Assembly: GCA_026225415.1 (NCBI GenBank)
Contig: JAMFSS010000008.1
Location: 45,219-109,218, forward strand
Origin: Alphaproteobacteria bacterium
Lineage (GTDB): Bacteria; Pseudomonadota; Alphaproteobacteria; UBA9219
Direction of reading: 5' to 3'
DNA: 64,000 bases
In this document: piece by piece, positions 46,029 through 54,593 of the stretch
Layout of the letters: every line of letters begins with the position of its first letter
Numbering within the stretch: position 1 is the first letter of the stretch
Translations under genes and position numbers: made by a program
Notes under the pieces: model-generated
What the model saw: the letters and a program-made list of their open reading frames with translations, nothing else
Told to the model about the DNA's origin: nothing
Databases searched by the model: none

Positions 46029-46906
46029 AAATTCTTCTGTTTGGCAAAAACGGGCAAGTGGGATGGGAATTGCAACGTAGCCTCGCGCCTTTGGGCGATA
46101 TAGTGGCACCGGATAGCAGCGCGTGTAATTTTACAAATCCCGATACAATCGCCGATACGATCCGCGCTTTGTCCCCCGATGTTATTGTCAACGCCGCCGC
46201 TTACACCGCCGTGGACAAGGCGGAAAGCGAACCCGATAAGGCTATGCTTGTTAATGGTCACACCCCCGCTCTTATTGCGCAGGAAGCGGGGAAACTTGGC
46301 GCATGGCTTGTTCATTATTCGACCGATTACGTTTTTGACGGTAGCGGCGACACACCTTGGCGGGAAACAGACACCCCTGCGCCACTTAATGTCTATGGTC
46401 AAACCAAACTCGAAGGCGAGCAAGCTATTCAATCATCTGGTTGTCGCCATTTGATTTTCCGCACCAGCTGGATTTATGGAACCCACGGCACCAATTTTGC
46501 AAAAACTATCCTGAACCTTGCCAAAACCCGCGACACATTAAGCATTGTCGACGACCAGATAGGCGCACCGACAAGTGCCGGTTTTATTGCTGATGCAACG
46601 GCACAGGCGCTTGGCATTCTCCGCGCCCATCCAGACAGCGGTGGCTTGTATCATCTGGCGTCCCAAGGTGCCGTTTCATGGTATGATTATGCGCGTTTTA
46701 TCATCGACAGAGCGCAGCAAACAGGGATTAAATTGAAACTGAAAACCGAGGCCGTGACGCCCATACCATCAAGCAATTATCCGACCCCTGCCAAACGTCC
46801 TTTGAATTCACGCCTTGCTATCAGCAAAGCCCAACGAGCTTTTGGCGTTTCTGCTCCCTTATGGTCTCACGATGTTGCGCAACTGGTTGCAACACAGAAA
46901 GATTGA
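46025..46906 (+). CDS. rfbD: dTDP-4-dehydrorhamnose reductase
   Basis: 293 aa; [43 protein letters not shown]. Confidence 0.9.
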   Translation: MKILLFGKNGQVGWELQRSLAPLGDIVAPDSSACNFTNPDTIADTIRALSPDVIVNAAAYTAVDKAESEPDKAMLVNGHTPALIAQEAGKLGAWLVHYSTDYVFDGSGDTPWRETDTPAPLNVYGQTKLEGEQAIQSSGCRHLIFRTSWIYGTHGTNFAKTILNLAKTRDTLSIVDDQIGAPTSAGFIADATAQALGILRAHPDSGGLYHLASQGAVSWYDYARFIIDRAQQTGIKLKLKTEAVTPIPSSNYPTPAKRPLNSRLAISKAQRAFGVSAPLWSHDVAQLVATQKD

Positions 46907-46951
46907 TAGATAACAAGCGAATACAGTGCTTTTTAATGAAAAAACAAAAAA

Positions 46952-46966
46952 GAACAAAAAAAGAAC
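46952..46966. promoter_or_regulatory. alphaproteobacterial-type LexA (SOS) box, GAAC-N7-GAAC
   Basis: GAAC(46952-46955) AAAAAAA GAAC(46963-46966), abutting the predicted -35 element of recA. Confidence 0.65.
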
Positions 46967-46995
46967 TTGCAAGATATTGGAAACCGGATTATAGA
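46967..46995 (+). promoter_or_regulatory. predicted sigma-70-type recA promoter
   Basis: TTGCAA (46967-46972), a 17-nt spacer, then TATAGA (46990-46995). It lies 87 nt upstream of the recA ATG, which has a strong SD (GAAGGAG). Confidence 0.4.
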
Positions 46996-47008
46996 ACAAA
47001 CCAGAAAC
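46994..47008. promoter_or_regulatory. second, imperfect SOS box, GAAC-N7-AAAC
   Basis: GAAC(46994-46997) AAACCAG AAAC(47005-47008), overlapping the predicted -10/+1 region. Confidence 0.35.
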
Positions 47009-47081
47009 ATTGATTGCCCACCCCGCCTATCGAATCGTTCCTCGTACTTTCTTTTCCTGCTAACCCAAGAAGGAGCCACCC

Positions 47082-48185
47082 ATGAGCAGTTCACGCAAAG
47101 CCGATCTCCATATCGTTGAAAAAGAAAGCAAGGAAAGCAGCATGAACCCCGAACGTCAGAAGGCACTGGATGCCGCGCTTTCTCAGATTGAGCGCGCGTT
47201 TGGCAAGGGTTCGGTGATGAAGCTAGGGCTGCAAGGGGCAGCGGCGGAAATCGACACGATCTCGACCGGTTCGTTGGGTTTGGACATCGCCCTTGGCATC
47301 GGTGGGTTACCCCGTGGCCGTATTATTGAAATCTATGGACCGGAAAGTTCCGGCAAGACCACGCTTGCTTTGCATGTGATTGCGCAAGCGCAGAAAGGTG
47401 GAGGCACTTGTGCCTTTATTGATGCCGAACATGCCCTTGACCCCGTTTATGCACGCAAACTAGGAGTAAAAATCGATGACTTACTCATATCCCAACCGGA
47501 TGCCGGCGAACAGGCCCTCGAAATCGCTGACACTCTCGTACGTTCCGGGGCCGTTGATGTTCTTGTGGTCGATTCAGTGGCGGCTTTGGTGCCTCGCGCG
47601 GAATTGGAAGGCGAAATGGGTGACAGCCATATGGGTTTACAGGCTCGCCTGATGAGCCAGGCGTTGCGCAAACTGACCGGGTCTATTTCCAAATCGCGCT
47701 GTATGGTTATTTTCATCAACCAGATCCGCATGAAAATTGGCGTGATGTTCGGCAACCCCGAAACAACGACCGGCGGTAATGCGTTGAAATTCTATGCCTC
47801 GGTTCGTCTTGATATCCGCCGCATTGGCGCGATTAAAGACCGCGAAACGGTGGTTGGCAACCAGACGCGGGTTAAGGTTGTAAAGAACAAGTTGGCGCCG
47901 CCTTTCCGTACTGTGGAATTTGACATTATGTATGGCGAAGGCATTTCGAAACTCGGCGAATTGATCGATTTGGGGTCGCAAGCCGGTGTGGTTGAGAAAT
48001 CGGGCGCGTGGTTTTCCTATGACGGACAACGCATTGGACAAGGCCGCGAAAACGCCAAACAATTTATGCGCGATAACCCCGAAATGGCCAACGCCATCGA
48101 ACAGAAAGTTCGCGGCAATGCCGGATTGGTCGCAGACAAGATGATGGTCGGCGGCCCCGAAGGGGATGAGGAAAAAGAAGAGTAA
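47082..48185 (+). CDS. recA: recombinase RecA
   Basis: 367 aa; [81 protein letters not shown]. Confidence 0.95.
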   Translation: MSSSRKADLHIVEKESKESSMNPERQKALDAALSQIERAFGKGSVMKLGLQGAAAEIDTISTGSLGLDIALGIGGLPRGRIIEIYGPESSGKTTLALHVIAQAQKGGGTCAFIDAEHALDPVYARKLGVKIDDLLISQPDAGEQALEIADTLVRSGAVDVLVVDSVAALVPRAELEGEMGDSHMGLQARLMSQALRKLTGSISKSRCMVIFINQIRMKIGVMFGNPETTTGGNALKFYASVRLDIRRIGAIKDRETVVGNQTRVKVVKNKLAPPFRTVEFDIMYGEGISKLGELIDLGSQAGVVEKSGAWFSYDGQRIGQGRENAKQFMRDNPEMANAIEQKVRGNAGLVADKMMVGGPEGDEEKEE

Positions 48186-48206
48186 TGGCTAGAGAAAGGA
48201 AAAAAA

Positions 48207-48446
48207 ATGCAACGGAACATTCTAAATACTCAAAGAGTTCAAGTGTATAATGTAGAGTTATACAATCTAGAGACAGACGGTATGCAAAAGTCGCGACGCA
48301 TGGCTACAAAAGGCGGCGCTGAAAAAATGGGAGGCACAATAATCCCAGAAACATGCGTACTTATTACTTCGGATCAATTAGAAAACGGAGAAGAATGGAC
48401 AGCATTGGACTTTAAAGCATCTGACGCAAACCCAGGCCCTTTTTAG
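48207..48446 (+). CDS. small hypothetical protein (orphan, AT-rich)
   Basis: 79 aa. An SD-like AAAGGAAA lies 8 nt upstream and a terminator lies downstream. I recognise no similarity, and the composition is clearly AT-richer than its surroundings. Confidence 0.3.
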   Translation: MQRNILNTQRVQVYNVELYNLETDGMQKSRRMATKGGAEKMGGTIIPETCVLITSDQLENGEEWTALDFKASDANPGPF

Positions 48447-48471
48447 TTGAATTAAGACTAGAGTTTGAGAA

Positions 48472-48500
48472 AGGCCGTCCGGCAACGGGCGGCCTTTTTT
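48472..48500 (+). terminator. Rho-independent terminator between convergent genes
   Basis: AGGCCGTCC (48472-48480), loop GGCAAC, GGGCGGCCT (48487-48495) with one G-U pair, then a T-run at 48495-48500. Confidence 0.6.
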
Positions 48501-49116
48501 ATGCTTGCGCAAGGCGCGGGTTAACACGCCCCCACAATAGATGATCTTCGCGCTTGCCGTTGATTTGCAGATAGGCCTTGGCGAAACCTTCTTCGACAAA
48601 ATCGCATTTCCTCAACAACGCTTTGCTGGGGTTATTATGCGGCAGACAGCTGGCTTCAACCCGATGAAGCCGCAAAGTATCGAATGCGAAATCACAAACC
48701 AGACCGAGGGCTTCGGTCATAATCCCCTGCCCCGCATAGGGTTTGCCCACCCAATAACCAATGGTGCCTTTTTGCGCGGCGGCAAAATGCACATCGCCCA
48801 AGGTGATGCCGCCGACCAGAACGGGCCGTTCGCCTTCATGAAGAAAAATGCTGAAGGTAAAAGCCTTACCCGCCCGCCAATCGCGCCATTGGCGGCGCAA
48901 AAGGGAACAATAAAAATTATATGTCAGGCAATTGGGCGGCCATTCCGGTTCCCACGGCACCAAAAAATCGCGGCTGGCATCACGCAACACGCGCCATTGT
49001 TTCCAGTCTTGACTGTCAGGCATGCGCAGCAAAAGGCGCGGCCCCATAAGTTGCGTATCAAGCGACGGGTGCGGGCGTGACGTCGGCAACGCCAGAAAAG
49101 ATGAAAACCAATCCAT
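48499..49116 (-). CDS. GNAT family N-acetyltransferase (RimJ/RimL-like)
   Basis: 205 aa; IGYWVGKPYAGQGIMTEAL, LHRVEASCLPHNNPSKALLRKCDFVEEG. Confidence 0.75.
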   Translation of the reverse strand: MDWFSSFLALPTSRPHPSLDTQLMGPRLLLRMPDSQDWKQWRVLRDASRDFLVPWEPEWPPNCLTYNFYCSLLRRQWRDWRAGKAFTFSIFLHEGERPVLVGGITLGDVHFAAAQKGTIGYWVGKPYAGQGIMTEALGLVCDFAFDTLRLHRVEASCLPHNNPSKALLRKCDFVEEGFAKAYLQINGKREDHLLWGRVNPRLAQA

Positions 49117-50378
49117 CAGGCAGCCAGACGTGCAGCGATTTTTTTATAATCTTCCAATTCTTCGACGGGGCCGAGCGCGGTAAGGATGGGTTTACGCGCA
49201 AAGATTTTTTGCGCCATGCTTTGCACCTGATCTTCCGTTACCGCCGATAATTTATGCAAGATTTTTTCGGCAGGAATCACATGGCCATAAGTGAGGATTT
49301 GATGTCCCATAATTTCGGCGCGGCGCATGACATTTTCACGCCCCATCAGCAGATCGGCACGGATTTGCGCCTTGGCGCGCGCCAATTCGCCGCGCGTTAT
49401 ATTTTGACGCACATCTTGCAATTCATTGCACATAACGGGCACCAGTTCGCGCAACCGCTTGGGATCGGTTCCGGCGTAAATCTGAAAAATGCCGGCGTCC
49501 TTTAAGCCGCTGTGGGATGAGCTGATGGTATAAACCAGGCCGCGTTTTTCGCGTATTTTTTGGAACAGGCGCGAGGAAGATGAGCCGCCCAGCACGACGG
49601 ATAAAAGTTGCGTCGGGTAATAATCTGTTTTGGCATGATACCCCGGGCCCGCAAAACCAAGAATAAGATGCACCTGTTCGATTTCCTTGGGCGACAGCGT
49701 GACACCGCCCGCAACGCGCGCCTTGTCATCGACAGGTTTCTTACCGCGCGGCAATGAGGCAAAATGTTTTTGCGCCATGCCGACAAAATCGGCATGTTTG
49801 ATTTTGCCCGCTGCGACCACAACCATATTAGCGGCAGTGTAATAACGCGCGACATAATCGGTGATGGCAGAACGCGGCAAGCGCGCGATAATGTCGGCGG
49901 AACCCAAAATGGGGCGTCCGGCTTTTTGGTTGGGCAATGCGAGTTTATACATAAGATCGAAGGCGTAATCTTCGGGGCTGTCGAGGTCGCGGCCGATTTC
50001 CTGAATGATCACCTGCCGTTCGCGGTCGAGTTCTTTGGGATTGAAAACCGAATTGCGCAACATGTCACCGATAATGTCGATGGCGTTTGCGGTTTCTTCG
50101 GGAAGGACGCGGGCGTAATAGGCCGTTTCTTCGCGCGAAGTGTGGGCGTTCATGGAGCCACCCTTGTTTTCTATCGCGGTCGAGAGCGCATAAGCCGACC
50201 GTTTTTTGGTGCCTTTGAACATCATATGTTCAACCAGATGCGCGACGCCATTGGCGTTCCACGGTTCGTTGCGTGTGCCCACCCCCACCCATGCGCCGAC
50301 TACCACGCTTTCCGCATCCGCCATTTCATCGGTAACAATGCGCAGGCCATTATCGAGCGTGGTGATTTGGACGGTCAT
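49116..50378 (-). CDS. M16 family zinc peptidase (mitochondrial-processing-peptidase-like)
   Basis: 420 aa; inverted zinc motif HLVEHMMFKGT (HxxEH), and EIGR downstream. Confidence 0.85.
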   Translation of the reverse strand: MTVQITTLDNGLRIVTDEMADAESVVVGAWVGVGTRNEPWNANGVAHLVEHMMFKGTKKRSAYALSTAIENKGGSMNAHTSREETAYYARVLPEETANAIDIIGDMLRNSVFNPKELDRERQVIIQEIGRDLDSPEDYAFDLMYKLALPNQKAGRPILGSADIIARLPRSAITDYVARYYTAANMVVVAAGKIKHADFVGMAQKHFASLPRGKKPVDDKARVAGGVTLSPKEIEQVHLILGFAGPGYHAKTDYYPTQLLSVVLGGSSSSRLFQKIREKRGLVYTISSSHSGLKDAGIFQIYAGTDPKRLRELVPVMCNELQDVRQNITRGELARAKAQIRADLLMGRENVMRRAEIMGHQILTYGHVIPAEKILHKLSAVTEDQVQSMAQKIFARKPILTALGPVEELEDYKKIAARLAA

Positions 50379-51760
50379 TTTTTATGGTCTTTCATAAAGT
50401 CGATCAGGGCGTTGATGTCGGTGGATGTTTGGTAAATGCGTTCCGGTTGCTGCATCAAGGCTGCAAGTTTAGATGGCAAGGGCGGTGTGATGTTAATAGC
50501 CCGGTGAACCGTTTCGGGGAATTTGGCCGGATGGGCTGTGGCAAGGCAGATGATGGGGTGCATCAGATTTGCGGAGAGATTTTGCGCGACCTTCACGCCG
50601 ACAGCCGTGTGCGGGTCGAACATATAGCCATTATTTTGTTGGGTTGTCTTTATGGTTTCAAGCGTTTGCGCATCATCGGCGCGGCCAGCCGCAAATATTT
50701 TTTGTGCCTGCACCTTTTGTTCTTCGGCGACGGAAAAACTTCCTTTGTCCTTTAAATCATTCATCAGGCCGCGCAATTGCGTTGCGTTTTGCCCGCAGAG
50801 ATCAAACAGGAAACGTTCAAAATTGCTGCTGATCTGGATATCCATGCTGGGGCTGATTGTGTTTTGCACAGGCGCGGGCGACATTGCGCCTGTTTCAAAA
50901 AAACGCGTGAGAATGTCGTTACTGTTGCTGGCAACCACCAGTTTGCGCACCGGCAAGCCGCATTTCATTGCCGCATAGCCTGCGAAAATATCACCAAAAT
51001 TGCCCGTGGGCACCACGAAACTGGCCACGCCGTCAACGCGCGATGCGGCATAAAAATAATAAACCAGTTGCGCGAGGATGCGCAGCATATTGATCGAATT
51101 GACGGTGCTAAGATTCCATTCGGCGCGCAGATTTTTATTGGCGAACAGGTTTTTGACCATCGCCTGACAATCGTCGAACGTACCATCAATAGCGATCGCA
51201 TGGATATTGGATGCGGCAACACAGGTCATTTGCTTGCGCTGGATATCGCTGGGTCCCTTTTCTGGATAGAGAATAAACACGTCGATATTTTTGCGGTTGG
51301 CGAGCGCGGCGATTGCGGCGGAGCCCGTGTCACCCGATGTGGCGCCGATAATGGTGGTGGTATGCGTGGCATCGCGCAGGAAATATTCGAACACATGCCC
51401 CAGAAATTGCAACGCGATATCCTTGAACGCCAAAGTGGGGCCGTGGAACAGTTCAAGGATTTTTAAGTTGCCGACATCGACCAAAGAGGTAACATCCGGC
51501 GCATCGAAAACGCCGTAAGATTTTTCGATGATGTCGCGCAAAATATCATCGGGAATAACGCCATCCATGAAAACTTGCAGAACACGGAAAGCGATTTGCG
51601 CGTAAGATTCACCACGCATAAGGGCAATAGTCATCGGCGTGAATTGCGGCCATTCAACCGGCACATACAATCCGCCATCCGGCGCGAGCCCCGCAAGCGT
51701 CGCAGCACGAATATCAACTGCGGGCGATTGGCCGCGCGTGCTGTGGAACATCACGGTCAT
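50375..51760 (-). CDS. thrC: threonine synthase
   Basis: 461 aa; PLP-lysine context ELFHGPTLAFKD, ATSGDTGSAA. Confidence 0.9.
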   Translation of the reverse strand: MTVMFHSTRGQSPAVDIRAATLAGLAPDGGLYVPVEWPQFTPMTIALMRGESYAQIAFRVLQVFMDGVIPDDILRDIIEKSYGVFDAPDVTSLVDVGNLKILELFHGPTLAFKDIALQFLGHVFEYFLRDATHTTTIIGATSGDTGSAAIAALANRKNIDVFILYPEKGPSDIQRKQMTCVAASNIHAIAIDGTFDDCQAMVKNLFANKNLRAEWNLSTVNSINMLRILAQLVYYFYAASRVDGVASFVVPTGNFGDIFAGYAAMKCGLPVRKLVVASNSNDILTRFFETGAMSPAPVQNTISPSMDIQISSNFERFLFDLCGQNATQLRGLMNDLKDKGSFSVAEEQKVQAQKIFAAGRADDAQTLETIKTTQQNNGYMFDPHTAVGVKVAQNLSANLMHPIICLATAHPAKFPETVHRAINITPPLPSKLAALMQQPERIYQTSTDINALIDFMKDHKK

Positions 51761-53541
51761 TTTGTCACCGGCAAGGTGGCAGCTTCGAGCCAGATGCGGG
51801 TTGATTCATCGACCATCGGGCTTATCACCTGTTTGACGCGGGCGTGATAATCGTTAAGCCATTTAATTTCTGCATCATTCATCAATGCAACATCGATCAA
51901 TTTGCGGTCAATGGGCGCAAGCGTCAGCGTTTCGAAACCCAACATTTTGCGTTCGGCCACAGGGTTGAGAATTTCAACCACGGTCTGCAAATTTTCGATA
52001 CGGATGCCGTAATGCCCCGCTTTGTAAAAACCGGGTTCGTTCGAAACGACCATGCCGGGTTGCAACGGAACCTTGCTGCGTTTGGAAATGCCCTGCGGCC
52101 CTTCATGCACCCCCAGATAACAGCCGACGCCATGCCCCGTACCATGGCCGTAATCCAAACCCACTTCCCATAGATATTGGCGCGCCAACACATCCAGCTC
52201 GCCGCCGCTTGTGCCGACGGGAAATTTTATCGCGGCCAACGCTATATGCCCCTTGAGGACGCGCGTGAAACGGTCGCGCATTTCGGCGCTTGGTGTGCCA
52301 ATAGCAACGGTGCGCGTGACGTCCGTGGTGCCGTCGAGATATTGGCCGCCACTATCGAGCAGGAAAAGTTGCCCTTGTTTTAATTCGGCATCTGTTGCCG
52401 CCACGGCGCGGTAATGCACGATGGCGCCATGTTCGCCTGCGCCCGCGATAGTGTCAAAACTGGGCCCGCGGTAATGATTATTGGCTTCGCGAAACCCGGC
52501 CAGTTTTTGTTCGACACCGCGTTCTGTTATTACATTAGTTTCGCATCGTTGATCGAGCCAGGCAAAGAAACGCGCCAACGCCGCACCATCACGCCTGTGC
52601 GCCGCCCGCATGCCATCAATTTCGGTGGTGTTTTTCACGGCGCGGGGGAGTTCGCACGGGTCTTCACCGGATTCGAATTTAATGTTGGCTGTGCGAAGAA
52701 TAACCGCGATGGCTTCGGCGGCTTGCGCCGTGTCGAGCCAGACGGTGCCATTGATTTTGGCAAGTTCATCCGCAAAGACATCGGGCGATAAAAGCGAAAC
52801 AGCACCGCCCAGATGCGCGGGCAATGTGTCGGTTATTTTACGTTCATCGATAAAATATTGCACCGAACCATCATCGCGGATAATGGCGCGGCTGAGCGGC
52901 AATGGCGTGTTGGCGACATCGCCGCCGCGCACATTGAGCAACCATGCGACCGATGTGGGGTCTGCGACGATAAACACGGCGCAGTTTTTCTTTTTTAACG
53001 CCGCCGCGATATCGCGGCGTTTATCTTCGGATGATTTTCCGCTGTAGGCGATATCATGCGGATGAATAGGCTCACACGGTGGCGCGGGTTGCGCGTCCCA
53101 TATCGCATCGACGGGGTTGTGGGTGACGGCAACCGCCTCGGCACCCGTTTTGGCCAATGATTTTTTGAGGCGTTCTATGCCATCGACTGTGTGCAGCCAC
53201 GGGTCGAAACCGATTTTTGTGCCTGTGCCCGTATTTTCTTCCAGCCATGCCGTTGGGGTTTTTTCGGCGCTGTCGAACACGGTGAACAAATCTTGCGGGA
53301 CTTGTTGCGCGGCTTGCAATGTATAACGGCTGTCGGTGAAAAAACCGGCGTGGTCTTTGAGCACCACGATGTAACCCGCCGAACCGGTGAAGCCGGAAAG
53401 AAAATCGACGCGTTGCGCGAAAGGCGGCACATATTCGCTTTGATATTCATCGGCCATCGGCACCAGAAAACCATCGACATTTTGCGTGGCGAGCCGGTGA
53501 CGGAGGGCGTTGAGGCGGGAGGCATAGTCGGACTGGTTCAT
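51757..53541 (-). CDS. pepP: Xaa-Pro aminopeptidase (aminopeptidase P, M24B)
   Basis: HGTGHGVGCYLGVHEGP, VVSNEPGFY, IRIENL. I chose the ATG at 53539-53541 (MNQSDY..); the track ORF runs to 53577 and would overlap prmA. Confidence 0.85.
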   Translation of the reverse strand: MNQSDYASRLNALRHRLATQNVDGFLVPMADEYQSEYVPPFAQRVDFLSGFTGSAGYIVVLKDHAGFFTDSRYTLQAAQQVPQDLFTVFDSAEKTPTAWLEENTGTGTKIGFDPWLHTVDGIERLKKSLAKTGAEAVAVTHNPVDAIWDAQPAPPCEPIHPHDIAYSGKSSEDKRRDIAAALKKKNCAVFIVADPTSVAWLLNVRGGDVANTPLPLSRAIIRDDGSVQYFIDERKITDTLPAHLGGAVSLLSPDVFADELAKINGTVWLDTAQAAEAIAVILRTANIKFESGEDPCELPRAVKNTTEIDGMRAAHRRDGAALARFFAWLDQRCETNVITERGVEQKLAGFREANNHYRGPSFDTIAGAGEHGAIVHYRAVAATDAELKQGQLFLLDSGGQYLDGTTDVTRTVAIGTPSAEMRDRFTRVLKGHIALAAIKFPVGTSGGELDVLARQYLWEVGLDYGHGTGHGVGCYLGVHEGPQGISKRSKVPLQPGMVVSNEPGFYKAGHYGIRIENLQTVVEILNPVAERKMLGFETLTLAPIDRKLIDVALMNDAEIKWLNDYHARVKQVISPMVDESTRIWLEAATLPVTK

Positions 53542-53545
53542 CCAG

Positions 53546-54442
53546 TCATATTGCCTTGTTTGGCCTGTGCAGCGCAAGTACCGACCATTCGCCGATACGC
53601 AAATGTTTGCAAAGCGTTAGGCCTTGCATCCTGTGCGCCGCGATGACCTTGTTGGCCTGTGTCGTTAGCAGGCCGGAAAGAATGGCATAACCGCCCGGGC
53701 GAAGATTGTTTTTTAAATCATACGCAATCTGGCACAAAGGGTTGGCAAAGATATTCGCCATGATCAGACCATAGGGTGCCGAGGCGCGGATGAGCGTTGA
53801 GCCATAACCCCGCCCGCGCCCGACGCGGATATGTTGCCCGAGTCCATTGCCACGCACATTATTTTGCGAAATTTGCACCGAGTCCGGGTCGAGATCGACA
53901 GCCACGGCACGCCCCCGTGTGGCCTGAACACAGCCCATCGCCAGAATACCCGAACCGCAGCCGATATCGGCCATGCGGCGCGGGCGGAAATTTTTTCTCA
54001 GCAATTCATCGAGCAGAATAAGGCAGCCACGCGTGGTTGGATGTTCGCCTGTGCCGAATGCGTTAGTGGCGTCGATTTGCAGCGCGAATAAACGATTGGG
54101 AACCTGATGGCGGTGCATCGCGCCATGCACAGTCCAACGCGCAATTTTGATGGGCGGGAAATCTTCGGCGACTTTTTTAAGCCAGTCGAGATTGGGCGCG
54201 GGACGGATGACGGGTGCTGGCAGTTTGATTTTAGTGAGCCCCGCATAGATGGCGGCGCGCGCGGTCATTTCTGTTGGGTTGGGTTCAAAGTCGAAGATGG
54301 CTTCGACCAGTGCGGTGTTTTTGCGTGGCGGGGCAAGGATTGTGAGGGATACGCTGTCTTCGGCGTATAATTCCGAGATTGCATCGGCATGCGCGGGGGG
54401 TGTTTGGATGGTGAGGATCCAGAGATTTGTTTGGCCGCGCAT
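53546..54442 (-). CDS. prmA: ribosomal protein L11 methyltransferase
   Basis: 298 aa; FGTGEHPTTRGCL, ADIGCGSGILAM, AVDLDPDSV, ANIFANPL. Confidence 0.85.
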   Translation of the reverse strand: MRGQTNLWILTIQTPPAHADAISELYAEDSVSLTILAPPRKNTALVEAIFDFEPNPTEMTARAAIYAGLTKIKLPAPVIRPAPNLDWLKKVAEDFPPIKIARWTVHGAMHRHQVPNRLFALQIDATNAFGTGEHPTTRGCLILLDELLRKNFRPRRMADIGCGSGILAMGCVQATRGRAVAVDLDPDSVQISQNNVRGNGLGQHIRVGRGRGYGSTLIRASAPYGLIMANIFANPLCQIAYDLKNNLRPGGYAILSGLLTTQANKVIAAHRMQGLTLCKHLRIGEWSVLALHRPNKAI

Positions 54443-54466
54443 GGGATGTCCTTGTGTAGTGCAACG

Positions 54467-54556
54467 AGCGAACCCCTCACCCTTAAAAACTAAGACTTAC
54501 GCCTCAAGAGCGTAAGCCTAAGTTTTTAAGCCCTCTCCCTCAAGGGGAGAGGAAAG
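54467..54556. repeat. REP-like compound palindromic element
   Basis: AACCCCTCACCC is followed by 21-nt arms CTTAAAAACTAAGACTTACGC (54482-54502) and GCGTAAGCCTAAGTTTTTAAG (54510-54530) with 2 mismatches. Then comes the hairpin CCTCTCCC-TCAA-GGGAGAGG (54532-54552). Confidence 0.55.
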
Positions 54557-54593
54557 CCTGTTGCATCTTTCGTTCTTCTAATTCGAGTATCGT

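Noticed and set aside
47142-48185. Shorter recA start at the internal ATG (MNPERQKAL..)
   Set aside because: The upstream ATG at 47082 is preceded by a strong Shine-Dalgarno sequence (GAAGGAG, 6 nt away). The extra N-terminal residues (..[10 protein letters not shown]..) resemble the N-terminal extension common in alphaproteobacterial RecA.
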